Numbered from the stretch's first letter, positions 1 to 10,599 are shown. The stretch is 64,000 nt of DNA from Desulfosudaceae bacterium (GCA_963674745.2 CAXXDV010000001.1:1792001-1856000), one strand, 5' to 3'. Program-made: numbers and translations. The notes: generated from the sequence alone by a model not told the origin.

Positions 1-2
1 CT

Positions 3-347
3 GCGGATCCGTCGGTGTTATCGAAAAATATTGTCAATGCCCTGATCGACGGACCGACCAAAAAGAACCTGGTGCGGACCCTGCCGGAGGGGGTTGTCTG
101 CCGGGCTTTTTACCTGGCGGACAAGGGTACGGCCTTTGTGGATTTTTCCGCTGATATCAGGGAGAATCATCCCGGTGGATCGGAAGCGGAATTGCTGGCG
201 ATTTATTCCATCGTCAATTCACTGGTGTTGAACGTGGATGAAGTGAAAAAAGTAAAAATACTGATTGAAGGGAGCGAGGCCGATACGCTCGGCGGCCATA
301 TTGATTTACGTTTTCCCTTTGATGCCAATATGCGGATGGTGAGATGA
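3..347 (+). CDS. GerMN-domain protein (5'-truncated by window edge)
   Basis: Frame is open from the window start; AFVDFS...[17 protein letters not shown]...VKILIEG pattern typical of GerMN domains; stop overlaps the fusA ATG (ATGA). Confidence 0.8.
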   Translation, partial: ADPSVLSKNIVNALIDGPTKKNLVRTLPEGVVCRAFYLADKGTAFVDFSADIRENHPGGSEAELLAIYSIVNSLVLNVDEVKKVKILIEGSEADTLGGHIDLRFPFDANMRMVR

Positions 348-2380
348 CACAACCGACAAAAATTGAAAATTTGCGTAATATCGGGATTATCGCGCATATA
401 GACGCCGGAAAAACCACGGTGACGGAACGGATTCTGTATTATACCGGCCGGTCTCACAAGATCGGTGAGGTTCATGACGGTGAGGCCGTTATGGATTGGA
501 TGCCGGATGAGCAGCAGCGCGGCATCACGATCACCTCGGCCGTAACGACCTGCCAATGGAAACATACGGAGATTCAACTGATTGATACCCCCGGCCACGT
601 GGATTTTACTATTGAGGTGGAGCGTTCTTTAAGAGTGCTTGACGGGGCGGTGGGGGTGTTCTGCGCTGTGGGGGGTGTGGAACCCCAGTCCGAGAAGGTC
701 TGGCGCCAGGCGGATAAATATCATGTGCCCAAGATGGCTTTTGTAAACAAGATGGACCGGGCCGGCGCCGATTTTTTCGGGGCCGTTGATATGATGAGGG
801 AAAAGCTGAATGCAACGCCGTTGATATTACAGTTTCCCATGGGCACGGAGGACGCTTTTGCGGGCATCATCGATCTGATCAACATGCAGGCCGTTGTCTG
901 GGATGATGACAGCCTCGGTGCCAATTTTAATACGACGGATATCCCGGAAGAACTTCTGGAAGAAGCTGAAAGCTGGCGGGAAAAAATGATCGAGGCCCTG
1001 GCCGATACGGACGAAACTATCATGGATGCTTATGTGTCCGAAAAGCCGGTGGCGGTTCCCCTGATCATCGAGGCCGTTCGCAAGGCCACGATTTCGTTGA
1101 ACCTGGTGCCGGTTCTTTGCGGCAGTGCCTTGAGAAATAAAGGGATCCAGCCATTGCTGGACGCGATTGCCATGTTCCTGCCCGGTCCGGCCGATGTCCC
1201 GCCCATCGAGGGGATAAATCCGAAGACCGAAGAGCGGGTTAAATGTTTACCCAAAGCATCAGCACACCTGGCGGCGCTGATTTTCAAGGTGGCCATGATC
1301 GAAGGCAGACGGCTTTCGTATGTCCGGATTTACAGCGGCCGCCTTAAAAGCGGCGAGGATGTCTATAATCCCCTGCGGGAAAAAAAAGAAAAGATATCCC
1401 GCATTTTGAAGATGCACGCCAACAAGCGGGAGCGGATCGAAGAGGCCGGTCCGGGTGCTATTGTGGCCGTCGTTGGCCTTAAGGAATCTTCTACCGGTGA
1501 AACCCTTTGCCGGGTTGAACGCCCCATTCTTCTGGAAAAGATGGAGTTTGACGAGCCGGTCATGTCAATTGCCGTTGAGCCTAAAACCCATGCCGACCAG
1601 GAAAAGCTGGACGAGGTGCTGGAAAAATACGCGGCCGAAGATCCTACCTTACAGGTGAAAACCGACCAGGATACGGGACAGAAAATTTTGTCCGGCATGG
1701 GAGAACTGCATCTGGATATTATTATCAGCAGGATGCGCCGGGAGTTCAATACCAATGTAAATGTAGGTAAACCTCAGGTGGTTTACCGGGAAACCATCGC
1801 CAAAAAAGCAACCGTGACGTCTGTGTTTGATCGCGAGATCGCGGGGCAGCGTCATTTTGGTGAGGTCACGTTAAAGCTTTTACCGGTGGCCCGGGGGGAG
1901 GGCAACAGTTTTGCCGTCGAGATTCCGCCGGATACCCTGCTGCCGGAATTCGTCGCTGCGGTTGAGCAGGGTGTCATGGAGTCTTTTGCCAGCGGTCCTT
2001 TTATGGGGTACCCGGTGCTGGATGTGAAAGTCGTTTTGGTGGGTGGTGCGGTTCGGGAAGGGGTGAGCGCGCCGCTGGCCTTTACCGTTGCCGGTTCCAT
2101 GGGCTGCAAGGAAGGCCTGGCCAAAGGTTCACCGTTCCTTCTGGGGCCTGTAATGGCGGTGGATGTGCAGGTGCCGGATGGTTTTTTAGGCGATGTGATC
2201 GGAGATATTAATTCCCGGGGCGGCAAGGTCGAGGCGATTGTCGCCAAATCTGATGTTCAGGAATTAAAAGTTACCGCCCCCCTGGCCGGCATGTTCGGTT
2301 TTTCCACTTCTCTTCGGTCTGCAACCCAGGGCCGGGGGACGTTTTCCATGCGGTTTTCTCATTTTGACAGCAGCGAATAG
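344..2380 (+). CDS. fusA: Elongation factor G paralogue (outside str operon)
   Basis: [19 protein letters not shown] and NKMD GTPase motifs; GMGELHL; C-terminal LRSATQGRG. Confidence 0.93.
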   Translation: MTQPTKIENLRNIGIIAHIDAGKTTVTERILYYTGRSHKIGEVHDGEAVMDWMPDEQQRGITITSAVTTCQWKHTEIQLIDTPGHVDFTIEVERSLRVLDGAVGVFCAVGGVEPQSEKVWRQADKYHVPKMAFVNKMDRAGADFFGAVDMMREKLNATPLILQFPMGTEDAFAGIIDLINMQAVVWDDDSLGANFNTTDIPEELLEEAESWREKMIEALADTDETIMDAYVSEKPVAVPLIIEAVRKATISLNLVPVLCGSALRNKGIQPLLDAIAMFLPGPADVPPIEGINPKTEERVKCLPKASAHLAALIFKVAMIEGRRLSYVRIYSGRLKSGEDVYNPLREKKEKISRILKMHANKRERIEEAGPGAIVAVVGLKESSTGETLCRVERPILLEKMEFDEPVMSIAVEPKTHADQEKLDEVLEKYAAEDPTLQVKTDQDTGQKILSGMGELHLDIIISRMRREFNTNVNVGKPQVVYRETIAKKATVTSVFDREIAGQRHFGEVTLKLLPVARGEGNSFAVEIPPDTLLPEFVAAVEQGVMESFASGPFMGYPVLDVKVVLVGGAVREGVSAPLAFTVAGSMGCKEGLAKGSPFLLGPVMAVDVQVPDGFLGDVIGDINSRGGKVEAIVAKSDVQELKVTAPLAGMFGFSTSLRSATQGRGTFSMRFSHFDSSE

Positions 2381-2467
2381 GGGGGGTGGCTGTGTCCCTC
2401 CGTTGTCTTTTTGAAAGGGGAGGGAGGGGGAGGGGAGGAACACAGCCGGGGGAGGTTCTGGTGCTAT

Positions 2468-2983
2468 TTATTCAAAACGGAAACCTGAAAAAACCGGTCC
2501 GCAATTATTCTTTCTCATGCCGCCAAATCCATCGTTATCCAACCCGGAGAGCCGGAACCTTTTTCTCTGTGCCAGCTCAGGCGCAATTTTCCGGGCTTCA
2601 AGCTGATGGTTGATCTGTTTTTCCATCAGGGTGGCTTTTAATTCCGTTATCTCTTTAATTAATGCTTTAATTTCTTTTTTTCCGGGATCCGATGTCTCCA
2701 GGATAATATTCAGGTTCTTCTTGGCTGCAATCAGTGCGATACGTGTCTCAGCCGTCTCATCAATGAGTTTCTGTCGAAGGGCGTCTAACTGCTCTTTTTG
2801 TTCGTCGGTAAGTGCGGTCCGGTCGTTCTTAAAGCACTTACCCGGGCATTGAACCTGTTGCCCTTCCACATTTCCTTTTCCGGGGCATTTACCTTCAGGG
2901 CCCCAGGCATATGCTGAAGAAACGAGCGCCACGGAAACGACTAACGCAAGCAGGGTGGTTTTTTTGATTCGAATGGATTGCAT
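2468..2983 (-). CDS. Periplasmic Spy/CpxP/ZraP-like protein
   Basis: Signal peptide ending AYA-W; LTDEQKEQL (LTxxQ) motif and helical core; SD-like AAAAGGAA upstream; divergent from a ZraS/ZraR-like pair. Confidence 0.75.
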   Translation of the reverse strand: MQSIRIKKTTLLALVVSVALVSSAYAWGPEGKCPGKGNVEGQQVQCPGKCFKNDRTALTDEQKEQLDALRQKLIDETAETRIALIAAKKNLNIILETSDPGKKEIKALIKEITELKATLMEKQINHQLEARKIAPELAQRKRFRLSGLDNDGFGGMRKNNCGPVFSGFRFE

Positions 2984-3045
2984 CAAGAATTTCCTTTTTT
3001 CAGTTATTATTCGGTTATTATTTTTTTTGTTTCGCTTAATGTAAA

Positions 3046-3061
3046 AGCAAGCAGCGTGCCA
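3046..3061 (-). promoter_or_regulatory. sigma54 (-24/-12) promoter of the zraP-like gene
   Basis: Minus strand reads TGGCACGCTGCTTGCT, matching TGGCAC-N5-TTGCW exactly. Confidence 0.88.
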
Positions 3062-3145
3062 TACCCCTATTTTTTTTCTAACACCTTGTTTTGATCAAGT
3101 TTTATGTTGTTTAACCGCTTTGAATGAATTATCGTTGGAATGGCT

Positions 3146-3196
3146 ATGGGTATTTTTTATGCACATCAGGTATCCATGTGGATAAAAAGTATCCAT
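3146..3196. promoter_or_regulatory. Pair of 19-bp palindromic upstream activator sites (candidate binding sites of the 5209 regulator)
   Basis: ATGGGTA-TTTTT-TATGCAC (3146-3164) and GTGGATA-AAAAG-TATCCAT (3178-3196) are near reverse complements, 32 bp apart. Confidence 0.65.
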
Positions 3197-3346
3197 ATTC
3201 ATCCATTTGTTTTGAGCCCTTGCGTTTTGAGAGAACCCAGGCGCTTTAAGGGGGACAGGGTGGTTTTTAACTTTATTGTAATGCAGGGCATTTTTTTTGC
3301 ATTATTCTTGAAATGCTAAATTCGCTGAAGAAACATTGACGCGCAT

Positions 3347-5152
3347 ATGAAAAGAAAAATTACACTGTTTAATGCCCTGCTGGGAATTTCCCCTTTTTTG
3401 ATTCTGGGTATGGTGCTGATCCTGGTGCCCATATTCATTTTTATCACCATGGACAATATTAATACGCTCAACCAGCGGGTGATCGAACATTTTACCGGCA
3501 GGGGGGAAGCCCTGCTTCGTTCGCTGGAAGCCGGGACCCGCACCGGCTTGATGGTTACCCGCTGGGAAGCGGAAAAAATTCAGCGCCTGCTCACCGAAAC
3601 AGCACTCCAATCCGACATTGAATATATAATGATCACCGATGCCAAGGGTAAAATTCTTGCCCACAGCGATCCGGGAAAGGTCGGTCAGACGTGCCGACAA
3701 ATGCCGCCGCTGCCGGACCAAAAAGCGTTATCGCAGGTGCATTACCGGGAAGTACAGGATGAAGCCGATAAACGCATTTTTGAAGTGTACAAGCGGTTTA
3801 CCCCGGCTCGTCCGCATAAACCCAGGGAGCATTTAAAAAAAATGATTGAGCGGCTGCCGGAACTGGAGCCGAAGAATCTTCCCAATAACTGGTTCTGTAT
3901 GCATTTTTATGTCGGCACGGGACCGAAACATCCCGTCATTGATCAGTTTATTTTTGCGGGTTTCAGTATGGAGCGGGTCGATACCGCCAGAAAAGCCCAT
4001 GTGGGGCGGTCTGTTCTGACCGGCGTCATTTTATTTTTGATCGGGTGTGCCGGTATGGTCAGCCTGTTTACGGTTCAGGCCTACCGTTCCGCCCGGACCT
4101 CCCTGGTCCGTGTGAAAGCCTTTTCCGACGAAGTAACGGCCAATATGCCGGCCGGCTTGGCCACGGCTGAGCCCGATGGAACGATCACATCCTGTAACCC
4201 GCGGGCGGTTGAAATATTCGATGCCGTGCCTGAAAACGTCATTGGTAAAAAAGTGGGCGTCCTGCTTCCGGCTTTGGGCGACCTGATAGACCGGGTTGGC
4301 GCCGCCCAGGAAAACGTCACCATTGAAATTGAACGTGTCGGGGCGGATGGAAAAAAGCGGGTGTTCGATGTCGGCGTGTCCTCTATTAAGGATGACGGCG
4401 GAATTGTTTCCGGTTATCTGATGCTTTTTAAAGAAATGACAGAGATGCGGCGCCTTGAAAAAGAGATCGAACGCAGCAAACGCCTGGCCGCCATTGGCAA
4501 ACTGGCTGCCGGTGTGGCGCATGAAATCCGGAACCCGTTGAGTTCCATCAAAGGGTTTGCCACTTATTTCAAAGATAAGTTCAAGGACAGTGATGAAGAT
4601 ATGCAGACAGCTGAAACCATGATCTATGAAGTGGAACGGCTCAACCGGGCCGTCACTCAGTTGCTTGAATTCGCCCGTCCCATTGCCATTGATTTGACGG
4701 ATGTGTCTCCGGAAAACCTGATCGCCCATTCCTTGCGGCTGGTGGAAAATGATCTGAAACAGAAAAACATTGAATCCAGGGCCGAAATCAGGACCGGCAA
4801 GAATACCATTCGAACCGATCAGGACCGGATGAACCAGGTCCTGCTCAACCTTTACTTGAACGCCATCGAGGCCATGGACAAGGGTGGGCTGCTGAAAGTA
4901 ACCGTTTCCGAAGCCGAAGATGACGACTTTATCGCTGTTGATGTGGCGGATAACGGCAGGGGGATTGCCGAGGCGGATATGGAACAGATTTTCGACCCTT
5001 ATTTTACAACCCGTAATACCGGAACCGGCCTGGGCCTGGCCATTGTTTACAAGCTGATTGAAACCCTCGGTGGTACAATATCGGTTTCAAGCCATCCCGG
5101 AAAGGGGACGACAGTGCATTTGCGGATACCAGCAAACCCTGGTATTTCATGA
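3347..5152 (+). CDS. ZraS/HydH-like sensor histidine kinase (2 TM, periplasmic domain, PAS, HisKA, HATPase)
   Basis: H-box VAHEIRNPL, N-box NLYLNAIEA, DNGRG, GTGLGL. Confidence 0.92.
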   Translation: MKRKITLFNALLGISPFLILGMVLILVPIFIFITMDNINTLNQRVIEHFTGRGEALLRSLEAGTRTGLMVTRWEAEKIQRLLTETALQSDIEYIMITDAKGKILAHSDPGKVGQTCRQMPPLPDQKALSQVHYREVQDEADKRIFEVYKRFTPARPHKPREHLKKMIERLPELEPKNLPNNWFCMHFYVGTGPKHPVIDQFIFAGFSMERVDTARKAHVGRSVLTGVILFLIGCAGMVSLFTVQAYRSARTSLVRVKAFSDEVTANMPAGLATAEPDGTITSCNPRAVEIFDAVPENVIGKKVGVLLPALGDLIDRVGAAQENVTIEIERVGADGKKRVFDVGVSSIKDDGGIVSGYLMLFKEMTEMRRLEKEIERSKRLAAIGKLAAGVAHEIRNPLSSIKGFATYFKDKFKDSDEDMQTAETMIYEVERLNRAVTQLLEFARPIAIDLTDVSPENLIAHSLRLVENDLKQKNIESRAEIRTGKNTIRTDQDRMNQVLLNLYLNAIEAMDKGGLLKVTVSEAEDDDFIAVDVADNGRGIAEADMEQIFDPYFTTRNTGTGLGLAIVYKLIETLGGTISVSSHPGKGTTVHLRIPANPGIS

Positions 5153-5208
5153 AATTTTCCGACATACCTGAAAAATTCACAAAATATTTGAACTGAAGGC
5201 GGAAGATA

Positions 5209-6576
5209 ATGAAAACAAAGAACACCATTCTGATTGTGGACGATGACGCCGGTCATCGCGCCATGCTGCGTACCCTCATGAAAGGCTGGGGATATGAACT
5301 GGAAGAAGCCGATGACGGCAGCACGGCGGTAGCCATGATTATTGAACGGAGCTTTGACGTGGTTTTGATGGATCTGAAGATGGTCAACATGTCCGGTGTC
5401 GAGGCTCTTGAAAAAATCAAAGAATACAATCCGTCCATACCGGTCATTATCATGACGGCCTACTCATCCGTGGATACAGCGGTGAGAACTCTGAAAAAGG
5501 GGGCCTACGACTATCTGACCAAGCCGTTGGATTTTGAAAAATTAAAACGGACCGTGGCCCGCATTATCGAAAGCATGTACCTGAAGGAGGAGAACAGGGA
5601 CCTGAAGGAAAAGCTGGGCAGCCGGTTTTCCCGGGAAAATATTGTCGGTAACAGCCCGGCCATGACACGGCTGCTGGAAACGGTGGAGCAGGCCGCCCCG
5701 TCCGACGCCAATATCCTGCTGACCGGTGAATCCGGTACCGGTAAAGAGCTGATCGCCGGTGCCATTCATTACAACAGCCGCCGCCGGGAGTTCCCCTTTG
5801 TCAAGATCAACTGCGCCGCGATCACCGAGACCCTGCTGGAATCCGAATTGTTCGGACATGAAAAGGGCGCTTTTACCGGTGCCGATAAAAAGAAAAAAGG
5901 TCAGTTTGTTCAGGCCCACAACGGCAGCATCCTGCTTGATGAAATCAGTGAAATGCCTTTGCCTATGCAGGCCAAGCTGTTACGCGTTCTGCAGGAGAGA
6001 GAAGTCACCCCGGTCGGTGGTGAAAAAACAATTACCGTGGATGTACGCATTATCGCGTCAACCAATAAAGACCTTTCCCGGCTGGCAGATTCCGGTGACT
6101 TCAGGCAGGACCTCTTTTTCCGGCTGAATGTTGTTAATCTGGAAATCCCTCCTTTAAGAGTACGAAAAGAAGATATACCGGAACTGGCCCATTATTTTTT
6201 GAAGATGTTTGCCGCCAAAAACAAAAAAAATATCAGCGGTTTTACCCCGGATGCCATGGATGCGCTGTTGAAATACGCCTGGCCGGGTAACGTCCGTGAA
6301 CTGATGAACACCATTGAGCGGGCAGCCGTGCTTTCCCGGTCTGAATATCTGTCCCTTGAGGATTTTCCTTTGATATCCGGGACTGATGATGACGTACAGG
6401 ACGGTGATGCCGGAGGTCCGGCGGCGGATTTTTTGCAGCCCCTGTCCGAGGTGGAAAAAGAGGCCATCTTAAAAACCCTGGCAGCGACGGACGGCAACCG
6501 CAGCGAAGCCGCCCGCCGGCTGGGGATTACCCGCAAAACCCTGTTGAAAAAGCTCAAGGAATACGGTGTGGCCTGA
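5209..6576 (+). CDS. sigma54-dependent response regulator (ZraR/NtrC family)
   Basis: Receiver VDDD/MDLKM; GESGTGKE; GAFTGA; WPGNVREL; Fis-type HTH. Confidence 0.95.
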   Translation: MKTKNTILIVDDDAGHRAMLRTLMKGWGYELEEADDGSTAVAMIIERSFDVVLMDLKMVNMSGVEALEKIKEYNPSIPVIIMTAYSSVDTAVRTLKKGAYDYLTKPLDFEKLKRTVARIIESMYLKEENRDLKEKLGSRFSRENIVGNSPAMTRLLETVEQAAPSDANILLTGESGTGKELIAGAIHYNSRRREFPFVKINCAAITETLLESELFGHEKGAFTGADKKKKGQFVQAHNGSILLDEISEMPLPMQAKLLRVLQEREVTPVGGEKTITVDVRIIASTNKDLSRLADSGDFRQDLFFRLNVVNLEIPPLRVRKEDIPELAHYFLKMFAAKNKKNISGFTPDAMDALLKYAWPGNVRELMNTIERAAVLSRSEYLSLEDFPLISGTDDDVQDGDAGGPAADFLQPLSEVEKEAILKTLAATDGNRSEAARRLGITRKTLLKKLKEYGVA

Positions 6577-6661
6577 TTTTATCTTTTCGATATTTCAATG
6601 TCCGGCAGGTTTTCGTGAACCTGTTCCACCGTCCTGTACCCGGTCAGTAATTTGATAATCA

Positions 6662-7786
6662 TTATTTTTCCCCATGGATCGTGAGCATCGTGTTATCGCC
6701 ATCCTTGAAACGGACGTAGCCGTTTATCGTGACCATTAAGTCTTTGAATTTATTTGTATAGTTGTTATTTTTTCCTGTGTAGGACCATGTAAGGGGGCCT
6801 CCCACGTGCTCATGGGTATTTTGGACTTCTGCCGTCAGGTCCATTCGCCAGCGGCCCTTTCGACGGACAAAAAAATGGGGCGACACAAACGGTGTATCCG
6901 TAAAATAAAGCAAGGCCAAATTGTCTCTTTCTACGATGGTGAAGCGTTTCCCGTACTCCCCCATGAGGATAAAGGATGCATACGCAGGGCTTGCCTGGAA
7001 CCACTTCAAGTAACTCCGGGATGACTTGGTTAAGAAATCGATGTCGGGGCTCACCGGCCAGTTTGATAGCCAGTTTATATACGATTTGTAGGCTTCTTCA
7101 GGTGATGTGCCCGAAGGGAAAGCCATCGGATCCACGGTCCTGGCTTCCGGCATATGGCTTGCGGCATCACCGATACCGGCGATTGTGTTTACACCTGCCC
7201 CGCCTGAAAGATGTGTCAGCAACTGGACTTTTTCCAAAACTCTTGGATCAAAATCATTTCCAATCACCGCCTCGCGTATGCGATGTTGCAAAAGTCGAAG
7301 CATCAACCGCAACCCCCACGAGAGGTCCCCCGAAGAAAAAAACATTCGGGCATGGTCTTCAACCAGATAGCTGACAAACGCATCTGTAAACCATCCTTCT
7401 AGCCCATACCCCACCTCTATTTTCAGGCGTTGGCCTTTCATATCGTATAGCAGCAGTAGTCCCCGTTCCTGTCCTGTGTCGCGCCCGATGTGAAGTTGGT
7501 CCATCATGTCGGCAGCCAACATCTCAATAGATTCACCGCCGGTATCAGGCAAGAACACAAACCGCATGTCAACACCTGACTCCATCATGATCCATTTCAT
7601 GTATTGTTCAAAACGCGGCACATCGTCGGAGGGGATAACGCCGGCCTTATCCACAATGTGTTTGTCCATCCCAACCGTAGCCAATACGTTGCGCAACTTG
7701 TTGGTTACATCCGGTTGAAATATATAAACGCCGACCGCCGCAACAAGAACAATTATCAACATTCGAAGAGAGCGACTGGTTTTCAT
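6662..7786 (-). CDS. TPM-domain protein with additional C-terminal domain
   Basis: N-terminal TM; GLLLLY...KIEVGYGLEG TPM signature; SGGAG linker. Confidence 0.75.
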   Translation of the reverse strand: MKTSRSLRMLIIVLVAAVGVYIFQPDVTNKLRNVLATVGMDKHIVDKAGVIPSDDVPRFEQYMKWIMMESGVDMRFVFLPDTGGESIEMLAADMMDQLHIGRDTGQERGLLLLYDMKGQRLKIEVGYGLEGWFTDAFVSYLVEDHARMFFSSGDLSWGLRLMLRLLQHRIREAVIGNDFDPRVLEKVQLLTHLSGGAGVNTIAGIGDAASHMPEARTVDPMAFPSGTSPEEAYKSYINWLSNWPVSPDIDFLTKSSRSYLKWFQASPAYASFILMGEYGKRFTIVERDNLALLYFTDTPFVSPHFFVRRKGRWRMDLTAEVQNTHEHVGGPLTWSYTGKNNNYTNKFKDLMVTINGYVRFKDGDNTMLTIHGEK

Positions 7787-7834
7787 ATGATTTGCTCCAG
7801 TTTCATTCCGCTTTGGTAAATGAGGAAAAGGCGT

Positions 7835-8626
7835 CTATGCACATGTTGCGATTTTTATTCTGCCTTTCAGGTAACTTACAGCTTTCCCGGATATAAAAAC
7901 CCTTTCATTGATATACTCACAGGTCAGCTCGCCACCGCGTGATGATAATTGTTTAACAGAAAATCTTTGCGTACCTGTTTTCGAGGCCCAATACGGTGCG
8001 AGTTGAGTATATGCGGACCCGGTTACCGGGTCTTCGAGAATGCCATACTTAGGCGCAAAAAATCTTGCCACAAAATCATAGCGCGTGGATTTTGCAGTAA
8101 TAATAACGCCACGCAAATCAAGCTTTTTAAGCTGCTCAAAATCCGGTTCGGCCGATTCAACATCCATCTCGTTTTCAAAAACCACAATATAATCTTCCGA
8201 CATCAGGCATTCTGCAGGGAAGGCCTTAAAGCCCTTAATGATTTCTTCCGGGATATTACAAGGGACAGGGGGTTGTGCCGGAAAATCCATAATCAGGTTA
8301 TCGTTGTCTTTTGAAACGACCAATAAGCCGGATTTCGAATCGAACTCGATCTTGTTTTGTTCACAGCCAAGAATATTAAACAAAACGTAACCGGCTGCCA
8401 GAGTGGCGTGACCACATAAATTCACTTCCCGGACAGGTGTAAACCATCGAATATGAAAGCCGTTGCCCTTTGGCACAAAAAAAGCGGTTTCTGATAAATT
8501 GTTTTCTGCCGCAATATGTTGCATTACTTCATCAGGAAGCCAGGCATCCAAAGGACAAACCGCTGCCGGGTTACCTTCAAATAATTTAGATGCAAAGGCA
8601 TCAATCTGGTATATGTTTATCTCCAT
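7835..8626 (-). CDS. PhzF family isomerase/epimerase
   Basis: DAF...GNPAAV, NLSETAF, LCGHATLA, EDPVTGSA. Confidence 0.92.
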   Translation of the reverse strand: MEINIYQIDAFASKLFEGNPAAVCPLDAWLPDEVMQHIAAENNLSETAFFVPKGNGFHIRWFTPVREVNLCGHATLAAGYVLFNILGCEQNKIEFDSKSGLLVVSKDNDNLIMDFPAQPPVPCNIPEEIIKGFKAFPAECLMSEDYIVVFENEMDVESAEPDFEQLKKLDLRGVIITAKSTRYDFVARFFAPKYGILEDPVTGSAYTQLAPYWASKTGTQRFSVKQLSSRGGELTCEYINERVFISGKAVSYLKGRIKIATCA

Positions 8627-8640
8627 TTGCCGGTTCCCAT

Positions 8641-9996
8641 TTAAAGCAGGTCGGAGGCAATCTCGGCTAAAAGGGACCGTTCACCTTTTTCCATGGTTAT
8701 ATGGGCATAGATTTCCTGCCCCTTCATTTTGTCTATCAGGTAGGTCAGGCCGTTACTGCGCGAATCCAGGTAGGGCGTGTCGATCTGGTAAGGATCACCG
8801 GTGAAGACAACCTTGGTGCCTTGACCGGCGCGGGTGATAATGGTTTTGACTTCATGGGGCGTCAGGTTCTGGGCTTCGTCGACAATAAAGTATACCCAGG
8901 GCAGGCTGCGACCCCTGATGTAGGCCAGGGCTGTTATGAGCAGCTTGCGTTTGCTGATCATGTCGTTGATTCGCTGATATTCCGAGGAAGTTTCGGAAAA
9001 CTGATTTTGAATGACGGACAGATTGTCGAACAACGGCTGCATATAGGGGTCCAGTTTGTCTTCAATATCACCCGGCAGGTAGCCGATGTCGCGATTCGAC
9101 AGCGGGATGACCGGGCGAGCCAGAAATATCTGCTTGTAATCCTTTCGCACCTGGAGCGCCCCTGCCAACGCCATCAACGTTTTGCCGGTGCCGGCCTTTC
9201 CGGAAAGGGTGACCAGTAAAATGCGGGGATCCATCAGTGCCTGCAGGGCGAAAATCTGTTCGGCATTGCGGGGTGTAATCCCATAGGCCCGTTTTTTTTC
9301 CACCAGATTCAGGGTCGCCTCTTCTTTGATGCAGGTGGTCAGTATGCTCTGGCTGTCATTCCGGAGAATAAAATTTTCATTGGGGAACGGGTCGAGTTCC
9401 AGGCCGGTTTCGCTGATCGGTACAAAACCGTTTTTAAATATCCGGTCGATGGCATCATGATTAACACCTTCGATCAGGTTTTTGCCGCTGTATAGATCGT
9501 CAATGTTTTTTATTTTACCGGTTTCATAATCCTCGGCCTGGATGGCAATGCTTTTGGCCTTCATGCGAAGGTTGATATCTTTTGATACCAGGACAACCCG
9601 CTCATAGCCGTGATCGTATGCCAGTTTATAGGTAATGGATAAAATGCGATGGTCCGGTTTGTCCTCCCAAAAGTACTCTTTGAAATGCTCGTCCTTTTTC
9701 TGGCTTGTTTTGACGACGACACATCCGCCGGATTCCAATTCGACACCTTCATTCAGCAGGCGTTCACCGATGAGTGTATCCAGCTCCCGTGTAAATTCCC
9801 GGGCATTGAAGTTAATGGTTTCGTGTCCCCGTTTGAAATGATCGATTTCCTCCAGCAGGGTTATGGGCAGAACCACATTCTGGTCTTTAAAAGAGTAAAT
9901 CGCGAGGAAGTCATAAAGAACCACGCTGGTATCAAGGACAAAAATTTTTTTCTGGTTAGAGCTGAGTAATGATTGATTTGGCAATCCTTTAGTCAT
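8641..9996 (-). CDS. PIN + PhoH ATPase protein (PhoH2/YlaK type)
   Basis: VLDTSV PIN start, SKDINLR, Walker A GKAGTGKT, IRGRS, DEAQN. Confidence 0.92.
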   Translation of the reverse strand: MTKGLPNQSLLSSNQKKIFVLDTSVVLYDFLAIYSFKDQNVVLPITLLEEIDHFKRGHETINFNAREFTRELDTLIGERLLNEGVELESGGCVVVKTSQKKDEHFKEYFWEDKPDHRILSITYKLAYDHGYERVVLVSKDINLRMKAKSIAIQAEDYETGKIKNIDDLYSGKNLIEGVNHDAIDRIFKNGFVPISETGLELDPFPNENFILRNDSQSILTTCIKEEATLNLVEKKRAYGITPRNAEQIFALQALMDPRILLVTLSGKAGTGKTLMALAGALQVRKDYKQIFLARPVIPLSNRDIGYLPGDIEDKLDPYMQPLFDNLSVIQNQFSETSSEYQRINDMISKRKLLITALAYIRGRSLPWVYFIVDEAQNLTPHEVKTIITRAGQGTKVVFTGDPYQIDTPYLDSRSNGLTYLIDKMKGQEIYAHITMEKGERSLLAEIASDLL

Positions 9997-10340
9997 CTCC
10001 TGTGTTTTTGAGGATTTGGAGAAAACGGGGGCACCTGAAATTTATATGGCGTCAAGGCTTGATCGGTTCCTGGTTTCCCCCTTTTGATACCTCTTTTATA
10101 CAACAATTGAGCCGATTTTTCCAGTATTTCTTTGTTAGTAAATCGTTCAAACGGGTAATTGAACCGGGAACCGGCCGTTACTGAAAATTTTCCTTGCATT
10201 TTCAAAGTGCTTATCATAAAAATAATTCAGCTTCGTTTGGATTGACGGGCCGGTTTCGTTCTGAAGGTAGCATCCATTTGTTTAAAGTGGGACCCTTAAG
10301 TTCTGGAACCAAAAACATTAACGAAAGGAGGGTGTCACTT

Positions 10341-10541
10341 ATGAACAAGGGTGTTGTAAAATGGTTTAACGATAGTAAAGGCTTTGGGTTTATCGAGCAG
10401 GAAGACGGACCGGATGTGTTCGTTCATCACACCTCAATTAACTCAAGCGGCTTCCGTTCTCTTAACGAAGGCGACCATGTTACGTTTGAAATTGAGCAGG
10501 GTGAAAAAGGTCCTGCGGCTGTTAACGTAACGGTTGTGTAA
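10341..10541 (+). CDS. Cold-shock protein
   Basis: [12 protein letters not shown] and DVFVHH RNP motifs; SD AAGGAGG upstream of ATG 10341. Confidence 0.96.
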   Translation: MNKGVVKWFNDSKGFGFIEQEDGPDVFVHHTSINSSGFRSLNEGDHVTFEIEQGEKGPAAVNVTVV

Positions 10542-10567
10542 GCCGAAAAACCGAACTACCCGAAAAC

Positions 10568-10599
10568 AAAAAGGCGCCTTAATTTAAGGCGCCTTTTTT
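10568..10599. terminator. Intrinsic (probably bidirectional) terminator
   Basis: AAAAAGGCGCCTT-AATTT-AAGGCGCCTTTTTT between convergent genes. Confidence 0.88.

Noticed and set aside
5143..5160. GTATTTCATGAAAT at the zraS-like stop as a third copy of the 22579 palindrome
   Set aside because: Only the 12-bp AT-rich core matches; could be chance
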